NCBI GenBank assembly: GCA_035256765.1
Contig: DATEXR010000271.1
Span: 1-46,147, forward strand
Direction of reading: 5' to 3'
Length of the DNA stretch: 46,147 nt
From: Candidatus Deferrimicrobiaceae bacterium
Lineage (GTDB): Bacteria; Desulfobacterota; Deferrimicrobia; Deferrimicrobiales; Deferrimicrobiaceae
How positions within the stretch are numbered: the first letter of the stretch is position 1; each line of letters starts with the position of its first letter. A model generated the notes under the pieces. It made no database searches. It was given only the letters and a program-made list of their open reading frames with translations, and was not told the origin of the DNA. Of this stretch, positions 18,978-27,036 are shown piece by piece. The position numbers and the translations under genes are program-made.

Positions 18978-20141
18978 GTGAAACGGACCGTCCCCGTGGG
19001 CTCCTCCTCCGTCACGGTCCGTGACGTCTGGGAAGCGCTCGATGCCGATTTCCCGTTCGCCCACCGGGCCGACTGGGACAACGTGGGGATCCTTCTGGGG
19101 GACCCGGCGGCGCGGGCGAGAAGGGTGGTGATCGCGCTGGACGCCACGCCGGCGGCCGTGGCGGCGTGCAGACGCCACAGGGCCGATCTTCTCGTCACGC
19201 ACCACCCGGTGATCCATTCCCCGCTGAAGTCGATCCGGGTCGACCAGGCCGCCTCCGCGCCCGTATACGAGCTTATCCGGATGGGGGTGGCGGTCATCTC
19301 CGCCCACACGAATGCCGACGTCGCGCCGGGAGGGGTGTCCCACGCCCTCGCGCGCAGGATCGGCCTGCGCGGCATCCGTCCGCTCATCCCGGGTGAGCCG
19401 TCCGACGCGTGCAAGGTCGCGGTCTTCGTCCCTCCCGACCGCGCCGATGCGGTCCTTACCGCCCTGGCGAAGGCGGGCGGCGGCCGGATCGGGGCCTACA
19501 CCCGGTGCTCGTTCCGGGTTGCCGGGACGGGGACATTTCTTCCCGCGAAGGGGGCGAAGCCGTTCCTGGGAAGACCCGGAAGCGAGGAGAGGGCGGAGGA
19601 GGTCCGCCTGGAATCGGTCGTGGCGGGGAGCCTCCTGCAGGAGGTCCTGCGGGTGGTTCGGGACGCCCACCCGTACGAGGAGCCGGCGATCGACGTCTAC
19701 CCGCTCAAGGGCGGGGCGCTCGGGGGGGGGATCGGAGCCGTGGGGGACAGGGAGCGGGAGGCCCCCCTCGAAGTGGTCCTCGAAGAGGTATACCGGGCCT
19801 TGCGGACATCGTGGATCAAGCTGGCGGGGCCGCGGAAGAGGCGTGTCCGCAGGATCGCGGTGGTGGGCGGGAGCGGTTCGGAGTTCGCGGGCGCGGCAAG
19901 GGCGGCGGGGGCCGACCTGTTCCTCACGGCGGACATCAAGTACCACCAGGCGCTCGAGGCGGCCGTCGGCGACATGGCGGTCGCGGATATCGGGCACGGA
20001 TCGGGGGAGAAGTGGATCCTCCCGGAATTCCGTCGGGTGATCGCCGGGCGGTTCGGCAGAAGGATGGCCGTCCGTGTGGTCATGGAGAACGAGCCATTGC
20101 GGCCGTTTCGGCCGAAGCAGACAGGAGGGATGAGGCGTTGA
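18978..20141 (+). CDS. Nif3-like dinuclear metal-centre protein (YqfO/YbgI family) with inserted PII/CutA-like cap domain
   Basis: DWDNVGILLGDP, LLVTHHP.. and SAHTNAD motifs with C-terminal TADIKYH.. The middle ~100 aa (CKVAVFVP...HPYEEPAIDVYPL) looks like the cap domain. Start could be GTG 18978, TTG 18957 or GTG 18996. Confidence 0.85.
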   Translation: MKRTVPVGSSSVTVRDVWEALDADFPFAHRADWDNVGILLGDPAARARRVVIALDATPAAVAACRRHRADLLVTHHPVIHSPLKSIRVDQAASAPVYELIRMGVAVISAHTNADVAPGGVSHALARRIGLRGIRPLIPGEPSDACKVAVFVPPDRADAVLTALAKAGGGRIGAYTRCSFRVAGTGTFLPAKGAKPFLGRPGSEERAEEVRLESVVAGSLLQEVLRVVRDAHPYEEPAIDVYPLKGGALGGGIGAVGDREREAPLEVVLEEVYRALRTSWIKLAGPRKRRVRRIAVVGGSGSEFAGAARAAGADLFLTADIKYHQALEAAVGDMAVADIGHGSGEKWILPEFRRVIAGRFGRRMAVRVVMENEPLRPFRPKQTGGMRR

Positions 20142-20866
20142 TGAAGAACGTGAAGATCCTGCTCGACCTGCAGGAGATCATGAGCCGGTCATGGATCGTG
20201 GAACGGGAGAAGCAGAGAGTCCCGCTCGAGGTGGCGGACCTCAAGAGCCTTTTCGAGGAAAGGGAAGCGAAATTCCTCGCCACCCAGCAGGAGTTCGAGC
20301 AACTCCAGAAGGAGAAGAGGGGGAAGGAACGGGAGATCGAGGAGGAGCGGGACAAAGTCGAGAGAGCCAAGGCGAAGCTGATGTCGATCAAGACGAACAA
20401 GGAATACTACGCCATGCTCAAGGAGATCGAGGCGACGAAGCGGTCCAATACCACCCGCGAGGACGAACTCCTCTCGATCCTTTCGCGATACGAGGAGGTG
20501 GAGAAGCGCCTCGCGGAGTTTTCGGGGGAGGTGAAGGAGCTGGGCGCCCGCTACCGGGAGCGCATGGTGGACATCGAGGCGAGAATGGCGAAGTTCGACC
20601 GGGACATCTCCCAGCTCCAGGCGAAGAAGAAGGAAGTCGCGATGGGCCTCGACGCGGGGCTTGCCCGGCGGTTCGAGATGATCTTCGACCGGCGCGACGG
20701 GATCGCCATCGTGCCCGCGAGGAACCAGTCGTGTACGGGATGCCACATGAACATCTCCCCGCAGCTTTTCAATCTCCTCCAGCGGGACGACAGGATCTAC
20801 TCCTGCCCCAACTGCAACCGGATCATCTACTTCGAGGGAGACGCGGCGGAGCAGGCCAGCGGATGA
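20141..20866 (+). CDS. COG1579-type coiled-coil protein with C-terminal C4 zinc ribbon
   Basis: Long heptad-rich region (EFEQLQKEKRGKEREIEEERDKVERAKAKL..), then CTGCHMNISPQ...YSCPNCNRIIY. TGATG overlap with the Nif3 gene. Confidence 0.8.
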   Translation: MKNVKILLDLQEIMSRSWIVEREKQRVPLEVADLKSLFEEREAKFLATQQEFEQLQKEKRGKEREIEEERDKVERAKAKLMSIKTNKEYYAMLKEIEATKRSNTTREDELLSILSRYEEVEKRLAEFSGEVKELGARYRERMVDIEARMAKFDRDISQLQAKKKEVAMGLDAGLARRFEMIFDRRDGIAIVPARNQSCTGCHMNISPQLFNLLQRDDRIYSCPNCNRIIYFEGDAAEQASG

Positions 20867-21282
20867 GGGGCAAGCCGGTCACCGTCCGGACCGACGGCGC
20901 CAGTCGGGGGAACCCCGGGCCGTCCGGGATCGGCGTCGTGCTCGAGGTGGAAGGAGCATCCCTCCGGATCGAACGGTTCGAGTACATCGGGGAGGCCACC
21001 AACAACGTGGCCGAATACCGCGCCCTCCTGCTGGCGCTTGCGGAAGCCGAAAAGATTTCCCCTTCTTCCCTGACGATCCTGTCCGACTCGGAATTGATCG
21101 TCCGGCAGCTTGCCGGCGAATATCGCGTCAAATCGGATCTCCTGCGGCCGCTGTACCGGGAGGCCTGCCGTCGTTTGCGCGGATTCCCCGGAGTGCGTAT
21201 ACTGCACGTAGAGCGCGGGGAAAACCAGGACGCCGATCGGCTGGCGAACCGCGCGATCGACGATCATTTCCAGAAGGCTTGA
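20863..21282 (+). CDS. RNase HI-like ribonuclease (RVT_3/RNase H type 1 fold)
   Basis: DEDD residues in context: RTDGASRGNPGPSGIG, NNVAEYRALL, LSDSELIV and NQDADRLAN; 139 aa. ATGA overlap with the zinc-ribbon gene. Confidence 0.8.
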   Translation: MRGKPVTVRTDGASRGNPGPSGIGVVLEVEGASLRIERFEYIGEATNNVAEYRALLLALAEAEKISPSSLTILSDSELIVRQLAGEYRVKSDLLRPLYREACRRLRGFPGVRILHVERGENQDADRLANRAIDDHFQKA

Positions 21283-21688
21283 GGAGGCCAGTCGGCCGCC
21301 GGCTCCCCGAAGCCCTTGGCTTTGGGGGGCGGGAGGAAAGTCCGGGCTCCGCAGGGCAGGGTGCCGGGTAATCCCCGGTGGGGGCGACCCCGAGGACAGT
21401 GCCACAGAAAAGACACCGCCTTCCGGCCGGAAAGGCCGGGCGGCAAGGGTGAAATGGTGAGGTAAGAGCTCACCGCGCGCCGGGCGACCGTCGCGGCATG
21501 GCAAACCCCACCCGGAGCAAGACCGAATAGGAGGGCAACCCCGCGGGACAACCGCGGGGGAAGGGCGGCCCGCCCGGAGCCCTCGGGTCAAGGTCGCTGG
21601 AGGCGGGCGGAAACGTCCGTCGTAGAGAAATGGCCGTCACGCGGCGACAAACGCCGCGCACAGAACCCGGCTTACGGCCTCCTCAAGC
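21277..21688 (+). ncRNA. rnpB: RNase P RNA, bacterial type A
   Basis: Universal blocks GGAGGAAAGTCCGGGCTCC, CAGGGTGCCGGGTAA, GACAGTGCCACAGAAAA, AAGGGTGAAA, GGTAAGAGC, AGCAAGACCGAATAGG and ACAGAACCCGGCTTA. P1 helix GCTTGAGGAGGCC (21277-21289) pairs with GGCCTCCTCAAGC (21676-21688). Ends are approximate. Confidence 0.92.
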
Positions 21689-21774
21689 TTTTTCCCTGCC
21701 AAACCGGAATTTTTCCCCCCGGTAAAACGATTTTTTGCTTTTTTTCCCCCTGCCTGGCATTTCCATAAAAATGC

Positions 21775-21802
21775 TTGACACCACAGGAATGAATTATAGA
21801 AT
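21775..21802 (+). promoter_or_regulatory. Candidate dcw/mraZ promoter (TTGACA-16 nt-TAGAAT)
   Basis: Perfect -35 at 21775-21780 and a 5/6 -10 at 21797-21802, in an AT-rich intergenic region 47 nt upstream of the mraZ ATG. Confidence 0.55.
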
Positions 21803-21810
21803 GGCCGCTA

Positions 21811-21835
21811 GTGGGGAATTGTGGGGAAAGGTGGG
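21811..21835 (+). promoter_or_regulatory. Putative MraZ operator: three direct GTGGG repeats with exact 10-bp phasing
   Basis: GTGGGgaatt GTGGGgaaag GTGGGttagg starting at 21811, 21821 and 21831, immediately downstream of the -10. Matches the TGGGN-type direct-repeat operator described for E. coli MraZ. Confidence 0.6.
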
Positions 21836-21848
21836 TTAGGCGGCCAAT

Positions 21849-22304
21849 ATGATCTTCCGCGGACGTTTCGAATATACCATCGATCCCAAGGGAAGGGTGA
21901 ACATCCCTGCCCGCTTCCGCGAGCAACTCTCCGAGACAGGCACGGAATCCGTCGTGGTGACCAACTTCGAGAACTGCATCTACGCCTATCCAACGGTGGA
22001 ATGGGACAGGATCGAGGAGAAACTCGCCGCCAAGGTGTCCAGCGTACACCGGAAAAAAAACGCCTTCGTGCGGTTCTTCGTCGGCGGAGCCGTCGAGGTC
22101 ATGCCCGACAAACAGGGCCGGATCCTGATCCCTCCCTCGCTTCGCTCCTACGCAAAACTCGATCGGGAGGTTGTCATCATCGGGATGCCGAACCGGTTCG
22201 AGATCTGGGACCGCCAGAGATGGGATGCGGAAATCAGCCGGTTCGAGAAGGAAGGATTCGAGGATCCCGAGCTGGCCCGGGAGATTGACTCCCTGGGGAT
22301 CTAA
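21849..22304 (+). CDS. mraZ: Transcriptional regulator MraZ
   Basis: MIFRGRFEYTIDPKGRVNIPARFR, plus a second SpoVT/AbrB-like half (DKQGRILIPPSLR); 151 aa. Confidence 0.95.
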   Translation: MIFRGRFEYTIDPKGRVNIPARFREQLSETGTESVVVTNFENCIYAYPTVEWDRIEEKLAAKVSSVHRKKNAFVRFFVGGAVEVMPDKQGRILIPPSLRSYAKLDREVVIIGMPNRFEIWDRQRWDAEISRFEKEGFEDPELAREIDSLGI

Positions 22305-22307
22305 GGG

Positions 22308-23222
22308 GTGGCGAACGGCCACGTCCCCGTTCTTTTACAGGAGATTCTGGGACTGCTGATCCCCGCCTCCGGCGAGGTGTTCCTCGACGGGACGGTGGGC
22401 GCGGGCGGGCACGCGGAAGAGATCGCGGCGGCGGTAGGACCGGCCGGCCTGCTCGTCTGCGGCGACTCCGACCCCGCGATGCTTGCAACGGCGTCGGAGC
22501 GCCTCCGCCGGTTTCCCTGGGTCCGGATGGTTCATTCCGACTACTCCGACCTCGAGACGCTCCGGGAGGCGGCGGGCGGGAGGATGTTCGACGGGATGCT
22601 GCTCGATCTGGGGCTCTCTTCCGTGCAGCTTTCCGATCCCTCCCGGGGGTTCTCGTTCCGCGAGGACGGCCCTCTGGACATGCGGCGCGACCCCGGGGCG
22701 GGGGGAGTCGACGCGCGGGAGATCCTAAAGGCGTCGAGCGAGCGGAATCTGGCGGACCTCTTTTTCCGTTTCGGGGAAGAGAGGTTTTCGCGGCGGATCG
22801 CGCGGGCGATCGTTGCGCGGAGGCGGAATGAACCGATCGAACGCACCACCCGGCTTGCCGAGCTGGTCCAATCGGCCATCCCCCGGAAGGCGTGGCCGCG
22901 GTCGATCCACCCCGCCACCCGGGTGTTCCAGGCGCTCCGGATCGCCGTGAACCGGGAGCTCGATTCGCTCGCCGCCTTTCTCGACCGTTTCGCATCGCAT
23001 CTGGCCCCGGGGGGAAGGGTGGCGGTGATCAGTTTTCATTCGCTGGAGGATCGGTTGGTGAAGGTCGCATTTCGAACGATGGCGACGGGAAGCACGGCTT
23101 CCCTGTGCCTGCTCACGCGCAAGCCGGTGACCCCCGGAACGAGGGAAATCGCCGAAAACCCAAGGGCCGCAAGCGCAAAGATGCGAGCGGCGAAGAGGAA
23201 ACGCACAGGAGGGAAAGGATGA
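22308..23222 (+). CDS. rsmH: 16S rRNA (cytosine1402-N4)-methyltransferase RsmH (MraW)
   Basis: HVPVLLQEIL, DGTVGAGGH, DLGLSS.QL, GFSFR.DGPLDMR and SFHSLEDR motifs. GTG start. Confidence 0.95.
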   Translation: MANGHVPVLLQEILGLLIPASGEVFLDGTVGAGGHAEEIAAAVGPAGLLVCGDSDPAMLATASERLRRFPWVRMVHSDYSDLETLREAAGGRMFDGMLLDLGLSSVQLSDPSRGFSFREDGPLDMRRDPGAGGVDAREILKASSERNLADLFFRFGEERFSRRIARAIVARRRNEPIERTTRLAELVQSAIPRKAWPRSIHPATRVFQALRIAVNRELDSLAAFLDRFASHLAPGGRVAVISFHSLEDRLVKVAFRTMATGSTASLCLLTRKPVTPGTREIAENPRAASAKMRAAKRKRTGGKG

Positions 23223-23557
23223 GAAGAATACTGGTCGGAAACACCCTCGGGATGATCACCGAGATCCGGCGGGAGGCTCCCGTGTTCCCGGTGGGCCCCC
23301 GGAGACGCGGGATCATGATGCTGGCCATTCTGTTTCTCGCCGTGGCCCTGTTCAGCGTCTGGCTGTCGGGGAAGTACTACCGGGTCGGCTACGCGGTGTC
23401 GGCCGCCCTCGAAGAGAAGCAGGCCCTCCAGAAGGAACAGGCGCTCCTGAAGACGGAGATCCTGACGCTGCGCAGCCCCGCGCGCATCGAGGCGATCGCC
23501 CGGGGTCAGCTCGGCCTGGTGGATCCGAAGACGGAAAAGATCATCCGGGTGAAATGA
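23219..23557 (+). CDS. ftsL: Cell division protein FtsL
   Basis: Position between rsmH and ftsI; a single TM (IMMLAILFLAVALFSVWL), a coiled-coil and the SPARIEAIARGQLGLVDP tail. ATGA overlaps at both ends. Confidence 0.8.
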   Translation: MRRILVGNTLGMITEIRREAPVFPVGPRRRGIMMLAILFLAVALFSVWLSGKYYRVGYAVSAALEEKQALQKEQALLKTEILTLRSPARIEAIARGQLGLVDPKTEKIIRVK

Positions 23558-25542
23558 ACCCCCGCGCCCGGATCATTCTCGGTGTCCTGGCGGGGGTCTA
23601 TTTTCTCATTGTCTTCCGGGCGTTCCATATCCAGGTGTTCGGCGTCAAGGGAATCCGCGATCGGGGGGCCAGGCAGTACAGCGTAAAGATCCCGCTCCTC
23701 CCGAAGCGGGGGGTGATCCTCGACAGGACCGGGAACGAGTTTGCCGTATCCCTTTCCACGAAGTCGATCTTCGTCCAGCCGTCCAAGCTTCCGTCGCCGG
23801 ATGTCGCCGCGAACCTGCTCGCCCGCCGCCTTGCCCGCCCCGCCGCCGAACTGAGGAAGGAGTTCGCGTCGGACAGGAATTTCCTCTGGGTGAAGCGGCA
23901 GATGCCTTCCTCGATGGCCGAGGAGATCGTCCGGGAGGTCCGGGAAGCCGTCGCCCGGGGAAAGGGCGCAGCGGGAGCGGACGGCATCGGCACGGTCGAG
24001 GAGCCGAAACGCTTCTACCCGAACCGCGAACTCGCCTCGTCGGTCATCGGGTTCACCGATGTGGACAGCGCCGGGATCGAGGGGATCGAACTGTCGTTCG
24101 ACAAATACCTGCGGGGAGAAAGCGCCTATCTCGTGGGCGAGCGGGATGCCCGGGGGCGCGTCATCGTCCCGGCGGACGCGCCGATCGAGGTGAATTCGCA
24201 GGGGCACTCCGTGACTCTCACGATCGACCGGAACATCCAGCATGTGGCCCAGACCGAGCTCATGGAGGCGGTGAAGAAGTACCGGGCGCGCGGGGGGATG
24301 TCCCTCGTCATGCAGCCCAAGACGGGGGAGATCCTCGCGATGGCGAGTCTGCCCACCTTCAACCCGAACAGCCTCTCCGCGGCCCTGCCGGAGGCGAGGA
24401 AGAACCGGGTGATCACCGACTGCATCGAGCCGGGGTCCACCTTCAAGGTGTTCACGATGGCCTCCGCGCTGGAGCTGGGTGCGATCGACATCCGCGAACG
24501 GATCTTCTGCGAGAACGGGAAGTACCGGTACGCCGGGCGGACGATCCACGACACCCACAAATATGGCTTGCTCACCGTCCCCGAGGTGATCAAATTCTCG
24601 AGCAATATCGGGATGATCAAGGTCAGCGAGAAGATGGCCCCCGAGCGGTTCCACGACATGATCCAGGCCTTCGGGTTCGGGACGAGGACGGGGGTGGAAC
24701 TGAACGGGGAATCGGGCGGCCTGCTTTCTCCCCGGGAGAAGTTCAGCCGGATCCGCCGCGCCACCGTCTCCTTCGGGCAGGGGATCGCCGTGACGCCCCT
24801 CCAGCTCGCCTCCGCGATGGCTTCCGTCGTGAACGGCGGGAAGATCATGAAGCCGTACATCGTGAAGGAGATCACGGATCCGCAGGGGAGGATGGTCTAC
24901 CGCGGAGAGCCGAAGGAACTCCGCAGGGTGATCTCCCCGAAAACGTCGGCGCAGATGCGGGAAATCCTGGGGAAAGTGGTCCAGGAGGATGGAACCGGCA
25001 CCCAGGCCCGGATCAAGGGCTTTCTCGTCGGCGGGAAAACGGGGACGGCGCAGAAGGTCGAGACGGGGACCGGCCGGTACTCCTCGGACAAGAGGATCGC
25101 CTCCTTCGTCGGATTCCTCCCCCTGCAGGACCCCGAGCTTCTCATCCTCGTCGTCATCGACGAACCGAAGGGCGAGGTGTACGGGGGCGTGGTCGCGGCC
25201 CCCGCCTTCAACCAGATCGCGGTAAAGACGGCCTACTACCTGGGGATCATGCCCACGGAGCAGGCCGGGGGAGACGTGGCCAAGGCGATCCGGGAGGAGA
25301 CGAAACCGGCGGGCGTCGGGATGACCCGCGTGGCCATGGGCTCCGGAGGGGGTGCGCTCGTCATGCCGGACCTCCGGGGATTGAGCATGGGAAGGGTGGT
25401 CGATCTCATGGGGCGGTACTCGGTGAGGATGCAGATGGCGGGTTCCGGATTGGCCCGGGCCCAGTCCCCCGCCCCCGGGGCGGTTCTGGTCCCCGGGATG
25501 GAAGTCAACGTGAACTTCGGGACCGAGTCAGGCAGAAGATGA
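23554..25542 (+). CDS. ftsI: Peptidoglycan D,D-transpeptidase FtsI (class B PBP) with C-terminal PASTA-like domain
   Basis: PBP dimerisation region and transpeptidase motifs STFK (GSTFKVFT), SSN and KTGT. C-terminal MPDLRGLSMGRVVDLM...VNVNF resembles PASTA. Confidence 0.92.
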   Translation: MNPRARIILGVLAGVYFLIVFRAFHIQVFGVKGIRDRGARQYSVKIPLLPKRGVILDRTGNEFAVSLSTKSIFVQPSKLPSPDVAANLLARRLARPAAELRKEFASDRNFLWVKRQMPSSMAEEIVREVREAVARGKGAAGADGIGTVEEPKRFYPNRELASSVIGFTDVDSAGIEGIELSFDKYLRGESAYLVGERDARGRVIVPADAPIEVNSQGHSVTLTIDRNIQHVAQTELMEAVKKYRARGGMSLVMQPKTGEILAMASLPTFNPNSLSAALPEARKNRVITDCIEPGSTFKVFTMASALELGAIDIRERIFCENGKYRYAGRTIHDTHKYGLLTVPEVIKFSSNIGMIKVSEKMAPERFHDMIQAFGFGTRTGVELNGESGGLLSPREKFSRIRRATVSFGQGIAVTPLQLASAMASVVNGGKIMKPYIVKEITDPQGRMVYRGEPKELRRVISPKTSAQMREILGKVVQEDGTGTQARIKGFLVGGKTGTAQKVETGTGRYSSDKRIASFVGFLPLQDPELLILVVIDEPKGEVYGGVVAAPAFNQIAVKTAYYLGIMPTEQAGGDVAKAIREETKPAGVGMTRVAMGSGGGALVMPDLRGLSMGRVVDLMGRYSVRMQMAGSGLARAQSPAPGAVLVPGMEVNVNFGTESGRR

Positions 25543-27035
25543 GATTGGCGAATGTCCTCGCGGGGATCACACCGGTTGAGAATTCTCTCGGATCGCTCGA
25601 GATAGGCGGCATTTCCATCGACTCCCGCATGACCCGCCCCGGGGACCTGTTCGTTGCCCTCCCCGGCCATCATGCGGACGGCCATTCCTTTCTCGCCGCG
25701 GCGGTTCGGGCGGGCGCGGCGACCGCCCTCGTGGAACAGGAGGTTTCTCACCCCCCGCTGCCCTGCGTGCGGGTCGCGTCGACGTCGGCGGCCCTCCCCG
25801 TCGTGGCGGTCCGCTTTTTCGGCGATCCGTCGGCAGCGCTCACGGTGATCGGCGTGACGGGGACCAACGGGAAGACGACCGTCACCTACCTTCTCGAATC
25901 GATCCTCGATGCCGCGGGGAAAAAGACGGCCGTGATCGGGTCGATCAATTACCGCCTGGCCGGGAAGGTTCTCCGGTCGGGGCTGACCACGCCCTTTCCC
26001 CACGAGCTCCAGGAGGTGATGGCGGGGGCGCTGTCCGGGGGGGCAAGCCACCTCGTGATGGAAGTGTCGTCTCACAGCACGGCGCAGGGAAGGATCGAGG
26101 GGGTGCGGTTCGACGCGGGGCTGTTCACGAATCTGTCGCACGACCACCTCGACTTCCACGGGGACATGGAGTCGTACTTCCATGCCAAGGCCCGGTTTTT
26201 CCGCTATTTTCTCCCGGCGGGGGGGAAGATGGGGGGAATGGCGTTCAACACGGACGACCCGTACGGGGCGAGGCTGGCGCGGGAGTTTCCGGCCGCCCTG
26301 ACCTTCGGCTTTTCCCGGGAGCGGGCGGTGTATCCCCTCTCGGTGGAGATGGGATGGGAGGGGACCTCCCTCTCCCTTTCCACCCCCGTGGGGCCTCTCG
26401 ATCTCCGGGCGAGGATCATCGGAGACTACAACGCATCGAACATCATGGCAGCCGTCTGCGGGGCGATTCTGCTCGGCGTCCCTCCCGGGGCGATCCGCGA
26501 AGGGGTGGAGAAACTGCCGGCGATCCCCGGGAGGATCGAGACGATTCCCAACGACCGCGGCCTCCACGTGTTCGTGGATTACGCCCACACTCCCGACGGC
26601 CTCGACCGCCTTCTCACCGCCCTCGGGGGGCTTGCCGAGGCCAGGCTGATCACCGTTTTCGGTTGCGGAGGGGACCGGGACCGGGCGAAACGGCCCCGGA
26701 TGGGAAGGATTGCGGCACTTCGGTCCCACGTGGTGATCGTCACCTCCGACAACCCCCGGAGCGAGGACCCCGGGGCGATCCTTGCGGGCATCGTTCCGGG
26801 AATCGTCGCGGAAGGGTTTCTCCAGGCCCGGGGGCCCGTCTCATGGGAAGAGGGATATTTCGAGGTTATCCCGGACAGAAAATCGGCCATCGCGCGGGCG
26901 CTCGCCATCGCCCGGAGGGGGGACACGGTCGCGATCGCCGGGAAAGGACACGAGAATGTTCAGCTCATCGGGGACCGGCGCCTGCCGTTTGACGACAGGG
27001 AAACGGTCAAAACGATCCTGGCCGGTGGGGAGTAG
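25539..27035 (+). CDS. murE: UDP-N-acetylmuramoyl-L-alanyl-D-glutamate--2,6-diaminopimelate ligase MurE
   Basis: GVTGTNGKTT P-loop, DYAHTPD and DNPR (meso-DAP specificity motif). ATGA overlap with ftsI. Confidence 0.93.
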   Translation: MRLANVLAGITPVENSLGSLEIGGISIDSRMTRPGDLFVALPGHHADGHSFLAAAVRAGAATALVEQEVSHPPLPCVRVASTSAALPVVAVRFFGDPSAALTVIGVTGTNGKTTVTYLLESILDAAGKKTAVIGSINYRLAGKVLRSGLTTPFPHELQEVMAGALSGGASHLVMEVSSHSTAQGRIEGVRFDAGLFTNLSHDHLDFHGDMESYFHAKARFFRYFLPAGGKMGGMAFNTDDPYGARLAREFPAALTFGFSRERAVYPLSVEMGWEGTSLSLSTPVGPLDLRARIIGDYNASNIMAAVCGAILLGVPPGAIREGVEKLPAIPGRIETIPNDRGLHVFVDYAHTPDGLDRLLTALGGLAEARLITVFGCGGDRDRAKRPRMGRIAALRSHVVIVTSDNPRSEDPGAILAGIVPGIVAEGFLQARGPVSWEEGYFEVIPDRKSAIARALAIARRGDTVAIAGKGHENVQLIGDRRLPFDDRETVKTILAGGE

Positions 27036-27036
27036 G

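Noticed and set aside
21801-21839. 12-codon mini-ORF (ATG 21801 ... TAG 21837-21839) in the mraZ leader.
   Set aside because: It has no RBS and coincides with the GTGGG operator repeats, which explain the sequence better.
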